Origin: an uncultured Planctomycetia bacterium
Lineage (GTDB): Bacteria > Omnitrophota > Gorgyraeia > JABMRG01
Length of the DNA stretch: 64,000 nucleotides
Reading direction: 5' to 3'
NCBI GenBank assembly: GCA_964634945.1
Contig: CAZWMG010000002.1
Location: 102,661-166,660 of the forward strand
How positions within the stretch are numbered: position 1 is the stretch's first letter; each line of letters opens with the position of its first letter. Both the position numbers and the translations under genes were made by a program. Below, piece by piece: positions 1 to 12,500 of the stretch. Under the pieces are notes generated by a model. The model was not told where the DNA came from. It ran no database searches and was given only the letters and a program-made list of their open reading frames with translations.

Positions 1-2
1 TG

Positions 3-86
3 AAGCTGCTTTTAGACAAGGGTATTATTATCGCGAAAGGCCCTGCCGCGACAGGCAGATACTATATATTAAACAAGGAGCTTTAG
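3..86 (+). CDS. 3' end of an upstream gene (partial; C-terminal tail ...KLLLDKGIIIAKGPAATGRYYILNKEL*), possibly a winged-helix-type C-terminus
   Basis: Frame-3 translation is open from the window edge to TAG at 84-86 and reads as a plausible protein C-terminus. No start codon lies within the window. Confidence 0.3.
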   Translation, partial: KLLLDKGIIIAKGPAATGRYYILNKEL

Positions 87-136
87 CGTCTTCGTTGCGC
101 GTTATAGCGTAATCGCGTTTGGAAAGGGTTCAGACG

Positions 137-168
137 CCATAACGCCATAACGCCATAACGCTATAACG
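137..168. repeat. 8-nt tandem repeat (CCATAACG x3 + CTATAACG) immediately upstream of the RND gene start
   Basis: Direct reading: gacg-ccataacg-ccataacg-ccataacg-ctataacg-aaatt. Its reverse complement matches the 32-nt repeat unit at 59080..59143. Confidence 0.8.
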
Positions 169-173
169 AAATT

Positions 174-3100
174 ATGGGATTACCAAACCTTTCAGTCAAG
201 AGGCCGATTACTATATCTATGCTCTTTTTGGGCATAATCATGATCGGTTTTATCGCCTTTAGTCGCCTGCCTATAGAACTTCTTCCTAATTTTAGTTTTG
301 GTGATATATCCATATTTATTAATATACGCGGTGGTATGCCGCCTGAGGAAGTGGAAGAGCAGGTAACCAAGCCGATTGAAGAGGCGGTGGGCACAGTCTC
401 TCATCTACGTAATCTCATATCTGTATCAGAGGAGGGCCGTTCACGAATAGTGTTGCGGTTTGAGCCGGGCATTAATATGAATTACGCGCTTTTAGAGGTC
501 AGAGAAAAATTCTCAAGGATACGGTCAAAGCTCCCCAAGCAGATAGAAAAACCGGTAATAGCGAAGTTTGAACAACAGGATAGGCCGATAGTTATACTTG
601 CCGTAACAGCGCTAGGTTACACGCCTGAGATGCTTCGAAGGATTGTCGACGAGAATATAAAAGATCGCATCCTCAGGGTAAATGGTGTAGCCAATGTTGA
701 TATTGGCGGAGGCAGGGAGCGCAAGATACTCGTTGAGGTTGACCAGAGGAAACTTCAGGCGTATAACCTGCCGATAGGAAGGGTCATAAATGCCCTTAAT
801 ACCAACAATATCGATCTTCTCCTTGGCTCATATGACAATAAGCGGAACAAACATCTTATTCGTGTCTCAGGCGGATTTAAAAGCATAGAAAATATTGAGA
901 ATGTCGGCATAGCTGCTACGCCAAGCAGGTCCATCATCAAGGTAAAGGATGTCGCGGATGTTAAGGATTCTTACCTTGAGGCCCAAAGTTACGCGCGTGT
1001 AAATGTCCTGCCCGTTGTCTCCTTATACATACAAAAAGAGAGCGAAGCGAATACAGTCGCGGTTGCGCAAGGCATAGAGAAGGTAAAAGAGGAGCTCACA
1101 TCAGGCATACTGGATAAACGTATCAGGGTCATAGAGACATATAATCAGGCAGATAGCATCAAACAGGCGATAGACGGCGTTAAGAAGACCCTATTATGGG
1201 GCGCGTTATTCGCTATACTGGTATTGTGGTTTTTCTTAAGAGATATGCGTTCCACATTTATTATCGCCGCGTCAATACCAATATCAGTAATAGCTACCTT
1301 CATGTGCATGTACTTTTTTAAGATAACCCTTAACATCATGACCCTAAGCGGCCTTGCTATCGGCGTAGGCATGCTCGTAGATAGCTCTGTAGTTGTGTTG
1401 GAAAATATACACAGGCTTAAGGAGAACGGCCTTAAGATAAAGAGAGCGGTTATTGAAGGCGCTCAGGAGATGATACTCGCTATAACAGCGGGAACCGTAA
1501 CGACTATAGTTGTATTTTTGCCTATTATATTTATAAGCAAGGATATAAGGATTCTCTATATGGGCCTTGCCCTAACAGTAGCATTCTCATTGATCGCTTC
1601 GCTGTTTGTGGCGCTTTCATTAGTACCGATGCTTTCGGTTTATCTACCGGCAATGGATTGGCGCAAGCTTTTTAGGCATAAAAAGCCTAAGGCAAGATCT
1701 GCTATAGAGGTATCAGCCGCAAAGAGAAGGCCTCTTATAGAAAAATTCAGAAAAAAATACAGATGCCTTCTAATACGTAGTTTACGCAGCCGCTATCTAC
1801 TGCTCATTATTACGATAGCGCTCTTCTGTGGTGCTATATATGTCCTGCAAGTTCATGTAGAAAAGGAGTTTGTCGGTACGGCCCAGCAACAGGATTTTAC
1901 TATTTTTATCGAGCTTCCGACAGGCGCTAAGCTTGATATCTCAGATCAGGCTGTTATAGGTATAGAGGAGGTCTTAGAGACTGTCCCTGAGATAAAGCAG
2001 TTTTCATCGCGCATAGAGAAGTGGTCATCAAAGATATATGTAAAATTAGTCCCTCTAGGCCAGAGAACACGTTCCACCAAAGAGGTCATAGAGGACCTGC
2101 GTACAAGGGTTGAGGATGTAGAGAGAAAGTTCCGGGAGGCGTTTATATACTTTGAAGAGGCGGAAGAATCAGAGACCAATGAGATTATTATTGATATATT
2201 TGGATATAATTATAATAACCTCAATGAGATTGCCATATCCATGCTTACAAGGATGCAGGCTATCCCAGGATTGCTTGATCTTAAGATAAGGTGGAGAAAG
2301 GGCAGGCCGGAATGGAAACTAAAGGTTAATCGCCGAAAGGCGTCTATGTACGGACTTACGGTCGATGATATCGCGAATGTAGTCCATGCTCAGATGAGGG
2401 GCCTAAGAGCCACACTGTATCATGCGGATGCCAAGGAGATAGAGGTTATTGGCAGGTTGCAGGAAAAGGACAGGCGTACCCTGGACCAGCTGAGAAAACT
2501 TACGCTTACAGCGCCGGATGGCACTAGCGTATTCCTTGAACAGGTAGTTGATCTTGAGCCAGGCATCGGCCCTAGTAAGATATGGCGCAAGAATAAGTCT
2601 CGTATGATACAGATAAGCGCTAATCGCGGAAGTCTTGCGTTTGGGACCGCGGCAGATAAGATACAGGATGTGCTAAAGGACCTCAAGCTGCCAAAAGACT
2701 ACTACTACAATTTGGGTGACAATTACTGGAGGATGGTACGTAACCAGAAGGAGTTTTTGTCATTATGGCCCCCTGGTATATTATGGATAGTTATAGTACT
2801 TATATATCTGGTATTAGCGTCTCTATTTGAGTCATATTCGCAGCCTTTTATCATTATGATAACAGTCCCCCTAGCTGTTATAGGTGTCGCGGCGGCATTA
2901 TGGATAACAAAGAAGACCATCAATATAAGCGTACTTATGGGGGGCATTATGTTAGGTGGTATTGTTGTAAACAATGCTATTATATTGATCGATTATACTA
3001 ATCGCCTGATTCAACAGGGTTTTCGCGGCAAAAGGGCAATAGTAACAGCCAGCATAAGGCGTTTGAGGCCGATTATGATGACAACATGTACTACTCTTTT

Positions 3101-3275
3101 AGGGCTTTTGCCCATGGCAGCGGACAAGAGTGAACAGGCGACTCTTTGGTCCCCATTAGCAATAACAGTTATGGGTGGCCTTATAAGCTCGACGGTACTT
3201 ACCCTATTTGTTGTCCCAAGCACCTATGTCATGTTCCAGGATATAAGAAGGCGATTCCTCCCCAATACCCCCTAA
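174..3275 (+). CDS. RND (HAE1/AcrB-family) inner-membrane efflux transporter, 1033 aa
   Basis: Full-length ORF. The N-terminus reads MGLPNLSVKRPITISMLFLGIIMIGFIAFSRLPIELLPN, typical of AcrB-type pumps. Length ~1030 aa fits the family. It has two hydrophobic TM clusters (around aa 340-480 and 880-1020) separated by large periplasmic loops, and the C-terminal 12-TM architecture. Confidence 0.88.
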   Translation: MGLPNLSVKRPITISMLFLGIIMIGFIAFSRLPIELLPNFSFGDISIFINIRGGMPPEEVEEQVTKPIEEAVGTVSHLRNLISVSEEGRSRIVLRFEPGINMNYALLEVREKFSRIRSKLPKQIEKPVIAKFEQQDRPIVILAVTALGYTPEMLRRIVDENIKDRILRVNGVANVDIGGGRERKILVEVDQRKLQAYNLPIGRVINALNTNNIDLLLGSYDNKRNKHLIRVSGGFKSIENIENVGIAATPSRSIIKVKDVADVKDSYLEAQSYARVNVLPVVSLYIQKESEANTVAVAQGIEKVKEELTSGILDKRIRVIETYNQADSIKQAIDGVKKTLLWGALFAILVLWFFLRDMRSTFIIAASIPISVIATFMCMYFFKITLNIMTLSGLAIGVGMLVDSSVVVLENIHRLKENGLKIKRAVIEGAQEMILAITAGTVTTIVVFLPIIFISKDIRILYMGLALTVAFSLIASLFVALSLVPMLSVYLPAMDWRKLFRHKKPKARSAIEVSAAKRRPLIEKFRKKYRCLLIRSLRSRYLLLIITIALFCGAIYVLQVHVEKEFVGTAQQQDFTIFIELPTGAKLDISDQAVIGIEEVLETVPEIKQFSSRIEKWSSKIYVKLVPLGQRTRSTKEVIEDLRTRVEDVERKFREAFIYFEEAEESETNEIIIDIFGYNYNNLNEIAISMLTRMQAIPGLLDLKIRWRKGRPEWKLKVNRRKASMYGLTVDDIANVVHAQMRGLRATLYHADAKEIEVIGRLQEKDRRTLDQLRKLTLTAPDGTSVFLEQVVDLEPGIGPSKIWRKNKSRMIQISANRGSLAFGTAADKIQDVLKDLKLPKDYYYNLGDNYWRMVRNQKEFLSLWPPGILWIVIVLIYLVLASLFESYSQPFIIMITVPLAVIGVAAALWITKKTINISVLMGGIMLGGIVVNNAIILIDYTNRLIQQGFRGKRAIVTASIRRLRPIMMTTCTTLLGLLPMAADKSEQATLWSPLAITVMGGLISSTVLTLFVVPSTYVMFQDIRRRFLPNTP

Positions 3276-3315
3276 CTTTACATTTTGAGTATTGCACTTT
3301 TTTGTAAAGTTAGGG
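3270..3315 (+). terminator. Perfect 13-bp inverted repeat (CCCTAACTTTACA / TGTAAAGTTAGGG) with a 20-nt conserved loop, overlapping the RND stop codon. Candidate terminator or protein-binding palindrome, and a member of the 34-nt element family.
   Basis: Seen directly: 3270-3282 is the reverse complement of 3303-3315. A T-rich tract follows (attttgcgatattt). The loop/core sequence TTTACATTTTGAGTATTGCACT(T/A)TTTTGTAAAG recurs at 52447..52480 and 52508..52541. Confidence 0.5.
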
Positions 3316-3360
3316 ATTTTGCGATATTTCCCTAAAAAGCATATTTTTTTACATTTTCAC

Positions 3361-3389
3361 TTGACTACATTAGGATAAAATGGTATACT
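3361..3389 (+). promoter_or_regulatory. Candidate sigma70-type promoter for the giant gene: TTGACT - 17 nt - TGgTATACT (extended -10)
   Basis: TTGACT at 3361-3366, a 17-nt spacer, then TATACT at 3384-3389 preceded by TG. A Shine-Dalgarno AAGGGGG at 3506-3512 lies 7 nt before the ATG at 3520. Confidence 0.45.
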
Positions 3390-3519
3390 TCTGCTGTACC
3401 TTAAAAAAGATTTTAAAAAATGTGTAATAAAGTATGAAAAACTTAAATAAAACTTCAACATTTTTAGTCTTTTAATGTGTTATATATAATAGAGATTAGA
3501 TTCACAAGGGGGCAATAGG

Positions 3520-6500
3520 ATGTTTTATACCAATAACAGAGGAAGAATAATATTTAAGTGTATTAGTATTATTATAATCCTCTGTTTTTTTATTCAGGAT
3601 ATCGCGTCAGCGACTAATGGCCTGCCATTATGGTCAGTAATTAATGGAAACCGTGTGCTTGATGCCCGCGCAAAAGATTTCACCAACCTCGCCAAGATAG
3701 AGATCCCAAAAGATTACGGCATAATCAAAGAGATCCATAATACCGGAAGCGATAAGATAATAATCAATATCCAGGACGCGCACGCTAATCTAGGTGCCCA
3801 GGAATCGATTAACAAGCTTATAGAAAGCCTTGATAATGATTACCAGCTCAAGCTTGTGGCATTAGAAGGTGCTAAGGGGAATGTAGATACCTCATTGTTT
3901 CAGTCTCATCCTGATAATAATGCCAGAAAAAAGATAGCAAAATACTTTTTAGACAGAGGCAAGATAAACGCTGCTGAATATTACAAGATAAGCTCAGATT
4001 CAGATATAAAACTTTACGGCGCGGAGAATGGCTCGCTATACAGAGAAAACGTTAAATCTTACATAGACTCGCTAACTAATAAGGGCAGCATACACAAGGC
4101 TATTATTACCTTAAAGAGAGTAGTCTCACAGCTTAAATCTAAGGTATATTCTAAGCAGCTCCTAGAGCTTGATAGAAAGAGGCTAGAATACAGGACAGAC
4201 GCAATATCATTTAAGGAGTATTGGAAATATTTAGGCGCGCAATCAAGCAGGTTGAGGATAGACATATCAGACTTTGAGAATATTCGCGCTCTTCTTGATG
4301 CCTCAGAGCTTGAGGATAGAATAGATTTTAGCGGTGCGGAAAAAGAACGCCAGGCATTGATAGAGGTGCTTACAAACAGCCTTACCGGCGATAATATAGA
4401 GCAACTCTTATCGGAAAGCATGTCTTTTAGGTTGGGTAGAATACAGCCGTCAGTATATCATAACCATTTAAGGGATTACGCCCTGTCATGCGGGATAGAT
4501 ATATCATTGTATCCTAATCTTTCTGGTTATACAGATTATGTCAATATCCACGATAAGGTCGCATTGGACTCACTCTTTATTGAGCTCGATGAGCTTATAG
4601 ATAGCGTGCAATCACAATTAGTCCGTAATGATGATCAGCGCCTGCTTGCCTCGATATCAAAGAGAGCGGATATTTTGATAGAACTTTTAGATGCCAAGAT
4701 TGTAAATAGAGATCTGCAGTATTACAAATCGCATAAACAGGATTTTATACCTCAGAACATAACGCACGAATTATCCCCTTTAATGGCAAGGTATGGCATA
4801 GAGGTTAATCTCGTACCTGAGATGAGGGTAATTTTAGAGGCGCTTCCCTCTGTAGAGAAATTCTATGATTTAGCGACAAAGAGAAACAAGGCGCTTGTTG
4901 ATAATACACTAAGCAAGATGCAAAAGGATAATCGTTCTCTGGCAGTGCTTGTAACAGGTGGTTTCCATACAGAGGGTATCGCTAATATATTGAGAGACAG
5001 AAATATATCATATATGGTGGTATTGCCAAAATTTTCGAAAGATGCGCTTGACAGGCCTTATGATGATATTGTCTTGAATAAGCGCTTGCCATTTGAAGAG
5101 GTGCTCTCAAAAGGTGAATACTATCTCCAGGCACCAAGTATATTCTCAATGTTTGAACCTGTGGCAGAACAGAGAATAGGTCTTTTAACCTTTATACTAC
5201 TTCTTTCGTTAGGTGACATGCAGGCAATAGATAGCGATGCCTTTGTGCAGTTGGGTAAGGATATATTTAAGGTAATTAAAAAAGGCCAGGGCATAACAGT
5301 AGAATCGATATCATCAGAAACTGACCCACTTACAGTTGAAGACAATACCGAAGAGACCGCTCGAAATTTAGTTAAGGTGCTTGAAACATGGAATAAAAAG
5401 CGCAGAAAAGAAGAGTCATCTGGTGAGGTGTTAAATAATACGTTGACACCGAATGATCTCGAGATATTAATCAGGAACATGCTTAAGGATACAGAACTTG
5501 GCAGGTCCGAGTTTGAAGAGACCGAATTAACAGCAGCGGTAAAAGATTATAAGAAGATAGTTTTGGAAGAGTCTGCTATCAAAAGCGCGGATTCCGCTGC
5601 TCAGGAGATACTTGAAAGGCAGTTTCAGAGGGCATTTGAGAATCTGCAAAGCTTAAAAGGTAAACCAGGCTATGATTTAGCAAAGCGTAAATTAGAACAG
5701 GTGCCGGCATATAAACACAGACTCGCTACGGCATTAGAGAATGTAAAGACTGAAGAAGACGTTGCTAATAAGGCCCATCTTGATACCTTGACAAAAACAT
5801 CTTCAAGCGGTTTAGGTAAACCTGTTAAGCATTTATACGGTAGACATGAGCCGGAATGGGAATCGATAGTATCGGGTTTAACATCATATATTATTGCGGT
5901 GAATCTTGTGAGCTTTTCGTTTGACCGAATGAATAAGGCCTACGTTACTTTAGGTGATGATATATTCTTTGTTTCTGTAAACGAAGACACCGAAAGCCTC
6001 GGTGATAAATTTTCAATCAGAACCAGCACAAAAGAGGAGATGGATGCGGATAGCGTAGAAATATTGCGCCCCTTAGCGAATGACTGGGTCAAGGGTTGGT
6101 CTGATATATTATATGATAGAAACAGACGCAGTGTCCAATTTGCGCTTAATGATATAGATACCATGATGCGTCATATTATGAGTTATAAGGGAAGTAACGC
6201 CATGATTATGAATGTTTTGGATGATCCTCGCGTAGAAAAAGAGGTACATAAATATATTGAAGTATTGTCGCCCAAAGTTGAAAGCGCGCTGAATAAGCAA
6301 TTAGAGAATAGGTTAAGCAATATTGAGCTTGATAATAGTTTGCCTGCGCATCAACAGGGTATAGATGAATTATATTATCTATATGGCAATAAGGCACAAG
6401 AGGTTCTTAAGGCCCTATCAACTCCGGATATTGCCAAAGCAAAAACATCCTCTTCTAGTGATATTACATCAATGCGTATATCAAAAGATCAGGAGGAGAT

Positions 6501-9500
6501 ATTAAGAAGCCTTAAAAGTGATGAAGATAAGCGAGCATACATAATGGGTGAAGCAAGAAAAGCATTAGAAGAGTTGGAGGATGGTGAACATGGTGCAATA
6601 GATAAGATTATCAAGGAATTTTTAGCCATAACTACTAGGCTCGACATAAGAGAAGAGGAAGTAAGGGGATGGATATCTGAGATATTGGGAGTGGATTATG
6701 TTTCAAAAGATCCTAGCTCAAAATCAGCTTCAAGTGGGCAGATACTGCCAGCCATCTCAAGTGGTTACCAAGAGACGATTGACTATTTGATGACTTCTGA
6801 TGGTGAAATGTACATTCAGAATCATTTGATAAATTATAAAGAACTTATCAGTAAGATAGTAGCGTTAAGGCTGTTTATGGGGTCTGAGATAACAGATGGC
6901 TTTAAAACAGCCCACTTAAATAGTATTTTCTTATCAATCAATGAATTATATGATAAGTTGAAAGAGCTAGCGCCGGCTTCTAAAGACAAGCAAATCTTGG
7001 AGGAATATAAATATAGAATAGACCAGTATTACACCAATATGATACAGGAAATAAATCGCACCATTGCTTTACACGCGCTTGCTCTGAAGAGCAAGACAGA
7101 AGCTATAACAGATAAAGCAAAATTTAAAAGATACATGCAAGTCTTAACAGACACAGTAAGTGTTTTTAGGAATACAGAATCTGGCATAGCTAATATAAGC
7201 GAGGAAATAGATAACTTAATGAATGAAGCTCAGGAAATAAAATTAAGAGAGCTTGCTATAAAGGATTTTTATGAGCTCGGGCATTCTGCCGAAATATTCA
7301 GTGAGGTTAAGGATGTAGCGGGGATAAGAAAGGAACAGATCTCAGAAATATTAACGGAGGCAAAAAAACAATCGTCTAAGTTATCTAGCCTTAAAAAATT
7401 AACAGAATTAGCATTACCAGGTAATGAAAAGCTAGTGCAGGAGATTGAAATTCAGAAAGAAGCTCTTGACCAGTTACTTAGTACGGCAAGAGGAATGGAT
7501 AAATCTATCTTATACGGGGAAATAGTAAACACGTCAGAAGAAGATTGGCAAAATACGTGCAAGGGATTCTGGAAATTCCTCAATCGAGGCAAGAGAACCG
7601 TAATAAGGCGTATGAGCGATAAAATCAGAAATCTGATGAAGCATAGAATACAAGAGGGATTAAAATTAGATGAATCGAAACTAGCATTATATAGAAGCAA
7701 GATAAGCGATATTTTCTCAGAAGAGAATAGGTCAATAAAATTTCAAGAATCGCGATTTGTTATCTTGAATAGCGTTACATCAATCTCTAGAAAATTATCT
7801 AATTTAAAGGGAAATATTACAAGAACAAATAATCGTTTAAAGGCAGCATCCGCAGAGAATATTGCAACATATAGTGAAAAACATAGCCAGGCAGTGAGAA
7901 AGTACAAAGCTTACTTAATAGAATTAGCTAGCGTTAATCCTGATTACTATTATCTTGTGAAGTCGCGCTTTACAAAGGATCATCTTAAGTTTACCCAAGG
8001 GCTTGATTTTACAGCTGGTAGAAGTCTTCTGGAAGAATGTGATACTATTGCGAAACGAAGCTTTAGGAATAATCCTCGCGCGTTAAATAATGAATTATTC
8101 CCATTTGAATTAATAGCAAGGTTGCTTGCTTTAGGATATTCATATAAAGAAGCGAGTCAGTTGACATGGTGTATTATTAGGCCTGAGCAAGAACCGTCTT
8201 TGGTATTGACTGCAGATGCTATACTGGGCTTAGAAGAATTAGGTGTAAAATATAGTGCAAATAGCTCGGTTTTGCCGATAAACAAGAATGCCTTACGTAT
8301 AATAAAAAGTATGGATCGTTATAATCGCAACATAGCAAAAAGCGAAGCAATATTTGCTAAAATTGAACAGAATGCTGTAATGGCATCAAAAAGCTCTTCA
8401 AGCGGAGAAAATAATGCGCAAGATATTATAAGATCTTCAACATGGCTCAATCAGTATTTATCATATGAGAACTCGGAACATGTAGATACGATTAAGAGGC
8501 TTATGGAGAAACATAGTAACTTTTTGGATAAGCTGAGAATTCTGGAAAAATTAGATAAAGAAGGCATAAATATTCCGTTTGCAATGGGCTTATTCCGCCG
8601 CAAACCATCTGTCTTAGAAGAGAGAATACGCAAATTACATGGTATCTTTCAAGATAGGCCTATAACTAACAATATGCTGACTGACTATTCAAAAAATCTT
8701 GAAGATCAAGAAGGGGAAGGGACAATGGAGTCTGTCTTGAGTCAAGTAGGCGCGAGAGATGGGGCAGAGCCATCTGTTGATAAGCAAGCAGAAATCGAAG
8801 GTGAATATGTATCAGGACCAATAGACGATGCCTTGGAAGAGATAGCGGGCATTTTACAAGTAACATCATTCCAACCAAAATCATTAGAAGATGCGATAGC
8901 TGATATAGAGAAAGAGCTAGAAAGACCTTCCGAAGCTCCATCCGGAGAGATGGCAAGGATTTTGGATGCAACACCGCTATCGCAGCCAGAATTATTAGTG
9001 GGGGAGCCCAAGCCAACTATAATAGGTACTGAAGAAAAAGCAGATGCTATTTACATGGGTAAGGTTTTAAAAACTGCTAAGGATTTATCATTTGCCGAAC
9101 AAACATTACAGGGCAGATTGGACGCATTAGATGAGCGCGCCAGATCGCTTAAACAAAAAGATAAACATGACCTTAGGTATATGGTCAGCGCTCTTAAAGG
9201 TGATTTAGGTTCTAAGATTACAGTAAAACTCTTCTCTATTAGCTCACGATTAGAAAGCAAGGCCCCAGGATCTATTTCTATCAGCGAACTGAATAGGTTT
9301 GAAAAAACTCTTGAAGATGTCAAGACTGAGATGGCCGGCTTATCAGAAAATATAGATCACTTAGAACAAACATCAGGCGTTGCAACTAGATCTGAAATAT
9401 CAAAAGAAGAGCAAGGGAAAACACTGCCTAGGAAAGGTAAGGCAGCATCTTCCGAACAGATACAGAATATACAAAAGACCGTGCAGGGCCTATTATCTGA

Positions 9501-12500
9501 TTCGCACGTACTACAAAGTAGATCAGATAACCTTTATGCTCAGGTTGAGAAAGCCAAAAAGCGTAAACTTTCTAGAGAGACCTTGCCTGTCATAGATACC
9601 ATTAATAGCGAAATAGGTTTATTGATATTCAACACATTAACCCCTATTAGCAATATATTGAATGAGAGAGCAAGGCAATTTTATAATACTGAATTAGTTG
9701 ATCTTAACAGACGCCTTAAACAAGCCAGAGTAGAGGCAGACAGAATAAAAACTAATATAGATGGACTGGAAAAGAGAATAAACGCTTCTCTGAAAATTAC
9801 AACAAAAGAAGAGGTTCCAAAAGAGGCCCCAAAAGCAGATGCAAAGATAGGAGCTGAAGCCAGATCCAAAGCAGAAGTAGATTTGCTGAGTGAACATATT
9901 TTAAAGATAGTAACAGGTAAAACAGAAGGCCTGATATTCGCTTGGATTATTGATAGATATGAAAAAGCAGATACAGAGCAGAAAAAAGATGCTATTAAGC
10001 AGGAGCTGGGCAAGGCATATTTCGGGGTTACAGATTTTAGCATTGTAGACAAGAAGCTACGTGCGATAAACTCCCTTTATAAATATTATAAGAGTAAGGG
10101 GCTTGATATAGATATACCTTTGCTTGCAGAGCTTTTTAATCATAAAGATAAAACCCCTGACCAAGTAATAGATTTATTGGTAAGGGCGTTTAATGGAATT
10201 AGGCCGAATGAAGCGCTTAAAATAAATAATAACGCTTTTAACATAACTCGTGACTTATTAGAAAATTATCCCTCTCTAGAAGATTATCTTACTGATATAA
10301 CCATGCTCTTTAGGCCTGCAAAAGATGGCAGTATAAAGGTCGAGACTACTCTTATAAGATTAAAACTAAAAGCAGATAGCAAGGGAGCAGACGCAGCCAG
10401 CATAGCCGTAGGCAAAATATACAACTTAGTATCAGAGAACCTGCCTGAGAAGATTAAGGCCCAAGTACAAGAGGCAGAAGGCGCGGTTTCTTATTTAATG
10501 AAGCCATCAAAAATCCAGCAAGCATTGCTTGAAAAAGCAGGCTACACAGAGTATAGGCCAGGCCAGGCAGAGGCTATGAATATGCTTGTAGATGCAATAT
10601 CCGTTGAATTAAGAGCAGGTGGCGGTAAGACTATTGTATTAGGTGGTTCCGCGCTTTTAAGGCTTGAAGAAGGCAAGATACAGGGTGAAAAGGTATTTAT
10701 ATTGCTTCATGAAGATCAATTAGTACAGCAGGCCTTAGAAGGTGAGGATGGAATTAGGATGGGTGAAATCTTAAGTAAATGTGGCAGGGTGACAGGCTTT
10801 GTGCTGCCTGATGACAATACCCCTAATAAACTGCATTATGTTATGTATAAAGACGGCAAGGAGTTTCGTAATCCTGACAATACAGAGATATCAGCTGAGT
10901 ATTTTTATGCGGAATGTGAGATTGTGTATGCTGCCACAGAGAGGGTTATACACAGATATCAAGCGGAAATGCTTGGGAGTGAAAAAACAGCTTTTATTAA
11001 CAGCCTAAAAAGCAAAGAGGGTAAAGGCGTATTTGCACTATTAGATGAAGGCGATATACAGCTATTGTCTGATAACCCATGTGTAATATCCGGTATGCCG
11101 CTTGAAGACTACGCTGAAAGAATACAGGCAAGAAGATATATACAGTCGATGCTAAATGATGAAGTATTGCCTAAAAACTTTAATTCAGAAAAAGAGAAAC
11201 TCACAGAAGGCACAGATTTTTTAGATTATGTAAGAAAAATCAAGTATTTAGATATAGCGGAAGGTTCCGAAGAAGCCTCGCTTACTTCTAAGGGAAAATC
11301 AAAAATAAACAGGATGAAAAAGGCTATAATTAAACTCGCTAAAAAAGACGGTACTTATAATGAAACATTAAAGCATATCATAGAAGTATATTATGGCGAG
11401 TTTGTGTTGGAGGCTCTAAAGGCAAATATATTCTACAAAGAAGGCGATAACTTTACAGCTATAAAGGATGAAGATGGCAGAATTACCAATGTGCATGTTG
11501 TAACAAAAGATCTTACCAAGACAAAAAAGGGCATGTCTTTTGGAGAAGGCATGCAGCAGGCGATAGAAATAATGGCAGAGGTAAGGGGAATACATGTTCC
11601 CGGAGGGCCTGAAACAGGGGTAACTGCCGAAACTATGACATCGATGGCAGATACGACACAAGGGTTTTTAGAAAACAAAGATATTGTGAATGATTTCGCG
11701 GCTGCCAGCGGAACCATGCAGATAGATAGATTTAAAAGTAAGTATGAGGGCAAGAAAGTTGAAACAGTTAAAGGCCTCCCTGAAAAGCTCGATGAAAGCG
11801 CGGGATATACTGTTTTTGAGCAAGAAAATCAAAAGTTTGGAGAACTTATAGGAAGGTTGGGAAAGAGGCTAGGAAATAATCAGCCTGAGGTATTTTTTGC
11901 TGAGTCTGACGCGAAGGCAGAACGGCTCAAAAAACTAATAAAAGAAAAACTTAAGAATGGGCTTGAGGAAAACGGAATCATTATCCATATAGGTGATGGT
12001 AAGAATCCTGAGGGGTTGAGAAATGCTATTAAATATGCCGGTTACACGAATGTAATTACAATATTTACAAATATAGCTCAACGCGGTATTGATATTGAGA
12101 TAAAAGGAGAGAGCCTGCTTTTTGATGAGAAGACAGGCCGGTATAGAGATGGTGATATTATCTATGAGAATAGGCTTGCCGCTCCGGGGCTTTTTGTTAC
12201 TACTACAACGTCACAAGCCTGCGCGATAATTGAGCAGATGAGAAAACGCGCGGACCGTGGAAAAAATAGAGGTACATGGGAAGGGCTTGTATCATTAGAT
12301 GAGGGAGATTTGCGTTACAGAGAATCTCTTGACCAGCAAAGAGCAGGCCTGCGCAAAATAATAAAAGAATACGCAAAAGAACAAAATATGCTGATAGAGG
12401 TACAGGTAAAACGCATAATACTTGCCATGAGGGATGAGATAAAAGATATTAGTCAACAGCCGCAGGAGCTTGAAGGCAAATTTACAAGGCAAAGAGATAT

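Noticed and set aside
10611-10631. RAGGGKT read as a canonical Walker A (GxxxxGK[ST])
   Set aside because: The spacing does not fit the strict P-loop consensus on its own. It is accepted only as the SecA-type motif I variant (TGEGKT-like) in the context of the six other SecA blocks.
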